Source of the DNA: Candidatus Iainarchaeum sp.
GTDB taxonomy: Archaea > Iainarchaeota > Iainarchaeia > Iainarchaeales > 0-14-0-20-34-12
Reading direction: 5' to 3'
Assembly: GCA_030649345.1 (NCBI GenBank)
Contig: JAUSKK010000042.1
Span: 1 to 32,000 of the forward strand
DNA length: 32,000 bases
The first letter of the stretch is position 1; every line of letters starts with the position of its first letter. The position numbers were made by a program, and so were the translations under genes. Under the pieces are notes generated by a model. The model made no database searches and was not told the DNA's origin. It was given only the letters and a program-made list of their open reading frames with translations. Below, piece by piece: positions 24,510-31,658 of this stretch.

Positions 24510-24752
24510 TTAACGCGCCAATTTTTTTAAGCGATTAAATTGCACTTGAATTGGAATCAAAATCTTCTCAGTTTTTTGCCCGCGTTTTTTTAAATTAAAA
24601 ATAGCGATTCCGATTACATTTCCTTTGGAATCTACGCGTTCAAAAACGTCATTTCCCAAGTCACGAAAAAAGCCTTTCCGATTAGAAGCTGAAAATTCCA
24701 AAAAGTCACTTTCAGTATCCAACCAAACTTGAAGTTTTCCATTCGCTTTCAT
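24510..24752 (-). CDS. DUF2283-family protein (antitoxin-like partner)
   Basis: The track start 24770 is TTG. The ATG at 24752 gives 'MKANGKLQVWLDTESDFLEFSASNRKGFFRDLGNDVFERVDSKGNVIGIAIFNLKKRG', matching 'yD.e.D.lyi.........e.....v..D.d..G.ivGIeIlnask'. Confidence 0.6.
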   Translation of the reverse strand: MKANGKLQVWLDTESDFLEFSASNRKGFFRDLGNDVFERVDSKGNVIGIAIFNLKKRGQKTEKILIPIQVQFNRLKKLAR

Positions 24753-24769
24753 AGTTATATTATACAACA

Positions 24770-24793
24770 AAACTTATTTTTAAAGCTTGGGTT
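24770..24793. repeat. Copy 2 of the perfect 24-nt direct repeat; abuts the stop codon of giant C and precedes the DUF2283 gene
   Basis: Identical to 24100..24123. The last base (24793) is the first base of the complement of giant C's TAA. The TATA-like centre is about 28 nt upstream of the DUF2283 ATG at 24752, a leaderless geometry. Confidence 0.9.
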
Positions 24794-27700
24794 TATTTCA
24801 AACCAGTCTTACGCCAACTGGTTTCAGCTAAAACAAGACCGCGTACATCGCTGGCTACAACTTTAACAAAATAATCTTGGGTTCGGTCAGGCAAAACAAA
24901 ACTATAGTCTGTTTCGTTCAAAAATTGATTTTCAATTTTGCACGCCCCTTCAACATTTGAATTCAAAGTACGCAATGATTGACCACGCTTCAAGTTCCGT
25001 AAAAGCAATGCTTGAATGTCTTGCTCGGTTAATTGAGGCGTAGTATGACACCACCAGATGTCATAATTAATATTTTCTTCTGGATTCCAGGCAGTCCAAT
25101 ACAAAGACACAGTAAACTGAGTTGGATCACTTGCAATGGATTCAACATTCAAAGTAGTAATATTCAAGCTGGCTTGTTTGCGTTCAATAAATAAACTGCG
25201 AATAATGTTTTCATTTCCGTATTGAATACATTGCAACAAAGAAGTACATTGTCTTTTTTGTTTAAATTCATAGGGCAATTCAATAATGGAAGAATGCGTC
25301 CAATCTGAACCATTTGGTTTACAGCCTAATTTTGGACAAATGGAAACACTTAACCACAAATTAGGTTCAGTGTAATCTTTCAATGCTTGTTCTAACGTTT
25401 TGATTTCGTTTCCAATTTTTACATTCTGCGTTGGACTATACTTGAATGTTTTAATTTGTTCTTGGTTTGCTTGAATTGCTTTGGGGGGTGAAGAAATAAA
25501 TTGCTGTAAATTTAGTCTATCCGCGCCCCAGTTTCTTTCAGCAGTTTTCCATAAATCAATAGAGTAATTGTAAAAATCACACGTTGAATTGAATTGGATT
25601 TTCAATTCTTGTTCTTGAGATAATTTTCCAGTCAAATTATTTAATTCAGAAACATTTGTGATTGTGACAGTACAAGAAGAATTTTCTGAATTGACTTGGG
25701 TTGGAGCTTGAACAAAGTCTGAAACTTTTAAGGTTTCTTTAATATCTGAATCTATTTTGGCTGAATCTACAACACGCAAGGCTTGAATTTTGTAAAATAA
25801 ATTACCAGAAGCAGAATTATGCACAGATTCTGTTTCAGTAGTTCGAGTGAGTTCAGTTAGCTTATCATCACTGCAGTTTTCAACACTAGATTCAGTACAA
25901 ACCAAAACAGAATATTGGTTGGCTAAAGGAACTGTTGGCCAACGTAATTCAACAATTAAGCTATGAGTTCGTTTGGCTTTGACAATAAAAGCTAAATCAT
26001 TTAATTGTTCTCGCAATGTTTGACAGCGTTCTCTGATTTTTTGTTTCACGTCATCATTGCCAGTAATTGCGGCCAGTTGTTCTTCTAGGTTTAAAGGACA
26101 CGAATCCAGTAAACCCAATAATAAAGCGCGTTGTTCTTCCGGCAAACTTAATGCACTGATTTCTTGTTTTAAAGAATCAGCTGTAATGATTACATCCAAG
26201 CATTTTTCTTCTGTGGTTCCAGAAATGCGGGCACAAATTCTATGCTGGCCTTCTTTGAGTCTTCCAGTTAAACCTGGAGCTAAAGTAACAGTTTGAGATT
26301 CTGAAATATCAATAGGCTGAGTTAAATAAGATGAAATATTCAAAGATTGGCCGTCAGCAAATAATTCAACTCCAGCTTCTCCTATGAATTTAATGCTTCC
26401 AGCGTTTTCCAATTCAACACGTGCTTCCAGGAAAGCATCGGCCGCAATATTGGGAAAAGGAATTAATGTAAATGATTTAACTTTCAAGTCAGTTTTTTCT
26501 GCACTTAAAGGAATGGGTTGTGCAAAATTAATTTCTGAAAAAGTTTGCTTCCAGCCAAATACATTTTGAACATAATTCAGCAAAGAATCTCCGCCTACAT
26601 CAGAGCTAACTTTCAATAAATATCCTGCACCTCGATTGCCATTGTAAGGTGTTAATACAAAATGCGCACTAGCATTTGGATCGGCACAATTCATGTGTTC
26701 AATCGGTGTTGTGCCCAGTCCTTGATCGGATGCAATGCTTAAAACTTCTACAAAAGAAACTCCAGGCAATCCTTCGACTTGTTTGCGTAAAATTGCTTTA
26801 CAAGGATTTTCTGGAAGTACGGATTCAGCAAAGTTTTTAACTAATTTCATGTTTCCAGTTAAGTTTGCAATTCCGACAGTTAAATTTTCTTCAGGATTTG
26901 TTTTTGCGGTTTCTGCTTGAGTATTCAAATAATAAAAAGGCAATTGCATTAAACCGTAATTTCCCATTTCTGGACTTGGAGATGAATGGGTTTCAATTTT
27001 GCCGGCATCAAAAGAAGGATTGCGGACCATAATCATGGCGGCAATTAAGTCTTTGGCTTTATTGGAAAAAACATGTTCATTGTCAAGTGATTCACTTAAT
27101 TTTTGAATTGCTTGACCATATTTGATAGCTTGTTGTGCCTGGTAATAATCATACTGGTTTGAAGTTTTTCCTGTTTCAATCAATGAATGCAAAGACTGAA
27201 TGCTTCCATTAAATTGTAAATACAAAGTAGCTGTATTTGTGCTTAATCTAGGAATTAAAAAGTCTGGAACTACAGGCACTGAAATCCATTCAGTTACTGC
27301 AACTAAAATTTGATCTGAATTGTAGGCAAATAATTTGTAAAATTTTACGCTTACAGCTTCATTTAATCCAATGGAATAATTTCGAATAACTGGTTCATTA
27401 ATTAATTGAACTTGAGTTCCAGAACCGCACAATAAATCATTGGTTTCTTTACAAGAACTTAGTTTAAAAGATTTAATGGAACTATCCAAAACTGCTGGCA
27501 AACCAGTACTCCAGTCAAAACTTAAATTTTCAGTGTCCAGCCAGCGAAGATTCATAGAAGCTTTTGGCACTTCTGCTAATTGAACTTTAGAAGAAGCCAA
27601 TATAGGTTCGCGTACTTTACCTAAAGATTCGTGTAGTTTATATCGAATAGCTTGAACATAATACACTGGCAAAAAATCTTCGTCAGATAATTCAGAATCA

Positions 27701-30700
27701 GAATAAACTAAATTGGTTTGAGTGGAAAGCAATTCAAAGTTTGCAGTATCCAAACATTCAGTTATTCCAGCAGCACAACGATATACTTCGTAGCTTTCAG
27801 CTTGCGGATGCTTGCTCCAAGTCAATTGCATAGAATCATTCAGTAAACGATTTACGTTTAATCTAAAATCAAATCTGCTTAATTCGTCTCTTAGTTTTAT
27901 GCAATTTGCTTTAATTTTTTCTTTCAATGCAGTGAAATCTGTATTTGGATATTTTCGTGTAAGGTCTAAAAATACAGTATCTAAATCACTTTCAGAGGCA
28001 GGGCAAGCAATTGTAAGATTGGCTAAAGCTTCTCGGTCTATGGGTTGAATCGGCAAACGTGCAATCTCCGGAGCTAGTTCAGCTATAGGTGAAGGTTTGG
28101 GAACAATTTCCACTGCAGGCAAACAGGATTGAATAGTAGTTTCATAGTCTTTGACTTTAGCGCAAATTAAAATATTGGTTAAAGATTGAGTTAAACCTTT
28201 TTCTTCAATGGATTCAGGAGTCTGCGGTGCTTGATATAGGTGAGTCAATAGTCCTTGATCCAATTTAACTTTGGCAACAGGACCAGTGTGTTGTTGGGTT
28301 GATTCCAAAACTGAAACCAATTCTTGCGATACCACAGTAGATCCAATGTTTAATTGAATTACGGCATTTTCTAAATTTACTGAACCATTGTTTTGAATTG
28401 AAATTGAAAATTCTTGTTCTGAATCTTCTTCAAGTTGGTTGCTTGCAGGAATTGATGAACTATTCAAAGTCAATAAAACTTGTCTGGGGTCAAATGCAGG
28501 CAAAGGTTTTACTGGAACAATAGTCCAAGAACTTTGAGCTATCACTTGATTGCTTGAATTCAGTGCTTGAATTTTGTAAAAATTTTTAACTTCACTTGCT
28601 GGAATACCAAAAGTTAAAGCATTGGGATCTGAAATAATTTCTGGCGGAATTTGAGTAAGCGAACATTCACTTGCATTGATTTTGTCACAAGTTAAAATTT
28701 GAAATGTTTGCATTTGTGGTTTAAGTAAAAGATCGTATTGCCAATGTAAGCTTAAATCACCTGAAGAAATCCATTCAGAGCTTAAAGTCATATCTGAAAC
28801 AGGTAATGCTTGAGGTGGAACTGTGCGTTCTTGTTCGAGTCTTTCTTGTTCTTTGAAATAATTTTCAAATAAAACTTTCCAAGCTAAAACTCGAATGGCA
28901 TAATAATGATCTCCACCAGCAGTACTTTGTACAATTTTCTGGCCTTTTTGTGCACCTTTTCCATAAGACACACAATCTGTTCCAGCTGGACCCCAATTGT
29001 AGCCATTGACTGCCAAAGCTTCATGCATGGTAATTCCGTATTCTTCTAAGCCTGCAATCAAACCATACGTATTTTCGCATTTGTTGTAAACAGTAGCTGT
29101 TTGCTGGGGTTTATAGCCAGGGTATGCTGACAAGTAAGCAATTAAAAAATTGGTTCCTTTTTCCATATTTTTTTCTGGATTTTGTTTAGTTCGTTCAGTT
29201 AAAACAGGCCCAATATTGAATCCATTAAAGTGAGTAGAATTAAACGACAAGCGAGCAATATGCATTAAACCATAAGATTGCTGCCTAGGCTCTAAGCCTG
29301 CACTTTCATTGGCTGAATTTTTTTCAAAATTGCTTTCTTGTTTAATCACTCCAGCCAATAATGATTTGCCGGAATTTCGAATTACAGTTCCAACTTCTTC
29401 CTGCAAACGTGCTCCATGTAAAATCACTAAATCGCGCACTTGTTTGGATGCATGGGTCCAAGTGCGTTCCACATTTTCTGAAGTAAAAGTTCCTCCAGCA
29501 AATGGTCCACTGCGAATAATTTCTCGAATAACTGTATCCAGTCTTTTTACTTTTCCATCCGGTGTATCCACGTAAACAATATTGGACTGCAATGTTGCTG
29601 GATCTGTAGCTGTTTCAACTGAACAAGATTTAATCGCTGGATCTGAAACCAATACTGCACAAATATTAATGGACCGGCGCAATAAAAACAAACCACTGCC
29701 GTGATACCAAAAGGGCTCGGAAAATTCTTGTCCTGCCTTTACAGTTGCTTCGCTTTTTTTAATATCAACACCATTAATAGTAAATTTTACTTGGATGTCT
29801 TGAGATTGTAAAGAATTCAATTGAGCCCGCATGGAAAACTTTTGGCCTGGAACAATTATTTCCGGCGCCAAAACAACAGCTTGAATAGCCAAAGGAGGAA
29901 TTGCAACTTGAACAGTTAATGGACCAGTGCAAAATTCTTGGTCTGGATTTTTAATTTGAGCACACAATTCATAACTTCCTGAAGTTACGGAAGGCAAAGT
30001 GCTTAGATCAATACTGGAAGGAACACCAACTTGTTTTTGAGCTTCAAGTGTATCCATTTCATAACTGGCTAATTGAGCACGAACTGTTCCTTCTTTTTTC
30101 AAAACTAAATTTACTTGCGGAGTCACAGAATTTTCAGTTAAATTTTTCACAGTAGTTGTAATATTAAATCCTGTTCCAGCTACAATGGGCTCAGTGAAAC
30201 TCAATTGAATATCTAAAGCTTTGGCTGGAGCTCCTGAGCCAGCAGAGGCTGAAGTAGCTGAAGCTTTTTGAGCATTTTGATTGGCTAAATTTTTTAATAT
30301 TTCTGCTTTGATAGTTTGAAGTTTTGCAGGATCTTTCATTTCAACTTTAGCCAAATTTGCAACCCAATACTTTGCAAAACCAATCAATGGAACTTTGCTG
30401 ACTGAAAAAGTATAATCCAACAAACCATCGGAAACCGTCATGGATTGTCGACCAGTGTAAGACCACACGGATTGACCAGCACCAGTGTCACTTGGATACG
30501 GAACTAAAGGAAAATTAGGAACTTGAATTCCTTGAGTGGAAAAATTAATTTGAGTTTGAGTTGAATAAACATAAAATTCGTCTGGCGCTTGCAGACAATC
30601 TTGGCCAAAATAGTTTTCACAAACTGAAAAGTAAACAATAATTTTGGCATCTTCTGAAAAACCATTTTGACTTGAAAAAAATACTTCTTGAGTACTGAGA

Positions 30701-31650
30701 TTGTCTTGTCTTAAATTAAACGAAACTGGAACAGTTTGATTTTTGAAATTTTTGGATTCATCGCGATAACCATTCCAAGATTTAATTAAAAAAACACTAA
30801 TTGGGTCTTGTTCAACAACTGCTGGTTCAGGAGTAGCTACTGGCTCTCCAGGCAATGGTTCAGAAGAAGGAGCTTCAGGATATAAATCTGCACATGAAAA
30901 TCCTGTGGTTTCAAAATTAACTTCCGTTTCACAGGTTTCTTTAGAATAAATACTTGAAAATAAAGAATGTGTAAATAAGCCAATATTTTCCCAGTTAAAT
31001 TCAGGAGACGGATCCCATTTACGGTCGTCAGCTTTTCGCGTACCTGCATTGCATGTTTCATAAAATCCAGCAGAAGGTTCTAATTCATAATGACCGCGAA
31101 CAAGAGTATTGGCAATATTAAATTTATTTTGATAAATTTGCTGGAAATATGTAAATAAAGAATTCAATTGAGCATACTGTTGAACAGTATATTCTTCTCC
31201 TTTTCTTCCAGAATTTTCCAATTCAATTCCAATGGATAATTGTTCCATTGAATCTAAACTTTGCAAATCAGAAACAAATTGAGTATTGTTGGCACACGCA
31301 GAAGTATTTTGCCCAGAACCTTTTAAATGATCTGCAACTTTTTCTAAATCACAAATATAATGAATGGTTCCATCTTTAGCAATCAAAAGATGAGCAGAAG
31401 TTCTATTTTGTTTAAATAAACGCAAAGAATTTGCAGTATCTGTTCCAGTATGATGCAAGACAACTGTTACTGAATCCGTAAAGTTTGCAGGCGTTCGATT
31501 AAATCCTGCTTTCGGATTAGAACACAAAAATCCTTCGGTTCTATGATCTTGAACATTTAAAACAGAGGGAAGTAAATCAATGGCAAAAATTGAAACAGAA
31601 AACAAGAACAAAATTGAGAAAACCAATGCCAAGCGAAGAAAAGGTTTCAT
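24793..31650 (-). CDS. Giant secreted multi-domain murein hydrolase C (2285 aa): N-terminal AmpD/PGRP-type amidase, two SLT-like domains (the second degenerate), Ig/CARDB-like and FN3-like Cys-loop modules
   Basis: The track start 31668 is GTG. The ATG at 31650 is preceded by GGGTGAT (31658..31664, SD-like, 7-8 nt spacing) and gives the signal peptide 'MKPFLRLALVFSILFLFSVSIFA'. Module map (track numbering):
- 62-232 amidase_2;
- 265-285 Pro-rich linker;
- 290-445 unknown;
- 485-686 two Ig/CARDB-like ('YELCAQIKNPDQEFC','INICAVLVSDPAIKSC');
- 745-940 SLT1;
- 958-1053 FN3-Cys ('FQILTCDKINASEC');
- 1062-1188 CARDB-like ('ILICAKVKDYETTIQSC');
- 1205-1268 helical Cys linker;
- 1268-1466 two FN3-Cys ('YEVYRCAAGITEC','FKLSSCKETNDLLC');
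- 1500-1712 SLT2;
- 1725-1828 CARDB-like ('HRICARISGTTEEKC');
- 1835-1895 helical Cys linker;
- 1896-1985 FN3-Cys ('YSVLVCTESSVENC');
- 1990-2135 unknown;
- 2141-2160 'CTSLLQCIQYGNENIIRSLF';
- 2166-2288 FN3-like.

There is no TM anchor. Confidence 0.85.
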   Translation of the reverse strand: MKPFLRLALVFSILFLFSVSIFAIDLLPSVLNVQDHRTEGFLCSNPKAGFNRTPANFTDSVTVVLHHTGTDTANSLRLFKQNRTSAHLLIAKDGTIHYICDLEKVADHLKGSGQNTSACANNTQFVSDLQSLDSMEQLSIGIELENSGRKGEEYTVQQYAQLNSLFTYFQQIYQNKFNIANTLVRGHYELEPSAGFYETCNAGTRKADDRKWDPSPEFNWENIGLFTHSLFSSIYSKETCETEVNFETTGFSCADLYPEAPSSEPLPGEPVATPEPAVVEQDPISVFLIKSWNGYRDESKNFKNQTVPVSFNLRQDNLSTQEVFFSSQNGFSEDAKIIVYFSVCENYFGQDCLQAPDEFYVYSTQTQINFSTQGIQVPNFPLVPYPSDTGAGQSVWSYTGRQSMTVSDGLLDYTFSVSKVPLIGFAKYWVANLAKVEMKDPAKLQTIKAEILKNLANQNAQKASATSASAGSGAPAKALDIQLSFTEPIVAGTGFNITTTVKNLTENSVTPQVNLVLKKEGTVRAQLASYEMDTLEAQKQVGVPSSIDLSTLPSVTSGSYELCAQIKNPDQEFCTGPLTVQVAIPPLAIQAVVLAPEIIVPGQKFSMRAQLNSLQSQDIQVKFTINGVDIKKSEATVKAGQEFSEPFWYHGSGLFLLRRSINICAVLVSDPAIKSCSVETATDPATLQSNIVYVDTPDGKVKRLDTVIREIIRSGPFAGGTFTSENVERTWTHASKQVRDLVILHGARLQEEVGTVIRNSGKSLLAGVIKQESNFEKNSANESAGLEPRQQSYGLMHIARLSFNSTHFNGFNIGPVLTERTKQNPEKNMEKGTNFLIAYLSAYPGYKPQQTATVYNKCENTYGLIAGLEEYGITMHEALAVNGYNWGPAGTDCVSYGKGAQKGQKIVQSTAGGDHYYAIRVLAWKVLFENYFKEQERLEQERTVPPQALPVSDMTLSSEWISSGDLSLHWQYDLLLKPQMQTFQILTCDKINASECSLTQIPPEIISDPNALTFGIPASEVKNFYKIQALNSSNQVIAQSSWTIVPVKPLPAFDPRQVLLTLNSSSIPASNQLEEDSEQEFSISIQNNGSVNLENAVIQLNIGSTVVSQELVSVLESTQQHTGPVAKVKLDQGLLTHLYQAPQTPESIEEKGLTQSLTNILICAKVKDYETTIQSCLPAVEIVPKPSPIAELAPEIARLPIQPIDREALANLTIACPASESDLDTVFLDLTRKYPNTDFTALKEKIKANCIKLRDELSRFDFRLNVNRLLNDSMQLTWSKHPQAESYEVYRCAAGITECLDTANFELLSTQTNLVYSDSELSDEDFLPVYYVQAIRYKLHESLGKVREPILASSKVQLAEVPKASMNLRWLDTENLSFDWSTGLPAVLDSSIKSFKLSSCKETNDLLCGSGTQVQLINEPVIRNYSIGLNEAVSVKFYKLFAYNSDQILVAVTEWISVPVVPDFLIPRLSTNTATLYLQFNGSIQSLHSLIETGKTSNQYDYYQAQQAIKYGQAIQKLSESLDNEHVFSNKAKDLIAAMIMVRNPSFDAGKIETHSSPSPEMGNYGLMQLPFYYLNTQAETAKTNPEENLTVGIANLTGNMKLVKNFAESVLPENPCKAILRKQVEGLPGVSFVEVLSIASDQGLGTTPIEHMNCADPNASAHFVLTPYNGNRGAGYLLKVSSDVGGDSLLNYVQNVFGWKQTFSEINFAQPIPLSAEKTDLKVKSFTLIPFPNIAADAFLEARVELENAGSIKFIGEAGVELFADGQSLNISSYLTQPIDISESQTVTLAPGLTGRLKEGQHRICARISGTTEEKCLDVIITADSLKQEISALSLPEEQRALLLGLLDSCPLNLEEQLAAITGNDDVKQKIRERCQTLREQLNDLAFIVKAKRTHSLIVELRWPTVPLANQYSVLVCTESSVENCSDDKLTELTRTTETESVHNSASGNLFYKIQALRVVDSAKIDSDIKETLKVSDFVQAPTQVNSENSSCTVTITNVSELNNLTGKLSQEQELKIQFNSTCDFYNYSIDLWKTAERNWGADRLNLQQFISSPPKAIQANQEQIKTFKYSPTQNVKIGNEIKTLEQALKDYTEPNLWLSVSICPKLGCKPNGSDWTHSSIIELPYEFKQKRQCTSLLQCIQYGNENIIRSLFIERKQASLNITTLNVESIASDPTQFTVSLYWTAWNPEENINYDIWWCHTTPQLTEQDIQALLLRNLKRGQSLRTLNSNVEGACKIENQFLNETDYSFVLPDRTQDYFVKVVASDVRGLVLAETSWRKTGLK
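26533..27171 (-). other. SLT-like domain 2 of giant C (catalytic Glu position substituted)
   Basis: 'LIAAMIMVRNPSFDAGK ... NYGLMQLPF ... VLSIASDQGLG' is colinear with SLT1 and with the domains in A and B. At the Glu-Ser position it reads Arg1549-Asn1550-Pro-Ser (Asn codon 27019..27021). Confidence 0.5.
28849..29436 (-). other. SLT-like domain 1 of giant C (predicted active)
   Basis: 'LLAGVIKQESNFEKNSAN' (Glu778, codon 29335..29337), 'SYGLMHIA' and 'ALAVNGYNWGPAG' give the motif triad in canonical order. Confidence 0.7.
30973..31485 (-). other. N-acetylmuramoyl-L-alanine amidase domain (Amidase_2; AmpD/AmiD/PGRP/T7-lysozyme fold) of giant C
   Basis: 'VTVVLHHTGT' (first Zn His), 'SAHLLIAKDGTIHYI', 'LSIGIELENSG' (conserved Glu), 'YTVQQYAQLNSLFTYF' and 'LVRGHYELEP...RKWDPSPEFNW' align by eye to the AmpD pattern '..lHhT...s.Hy.I.rdG.i.q.v....siGIElEG....fT.aQy.aL..L...i.GHsDiaP.rKtDPGp.FdW'. 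There is an extra Cys-containing insert between the His and the K-x-DP. Confidence 0.8.
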
Positions 31651-31658
31651 ATATGATA

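Noticed and set aside
9216-31650. Diversity-generating retroelement (DGR) targeting the giant surface proteins
   Set aside because: DGRs are common next to large surface proteins in DPANN and CPR genomes, so I looked for a reverse transcriptase and for a ~100-nt template/variable repeat pair with A-specific mismatches. I saw neither in this window. An element outside the window cannot be excluded.
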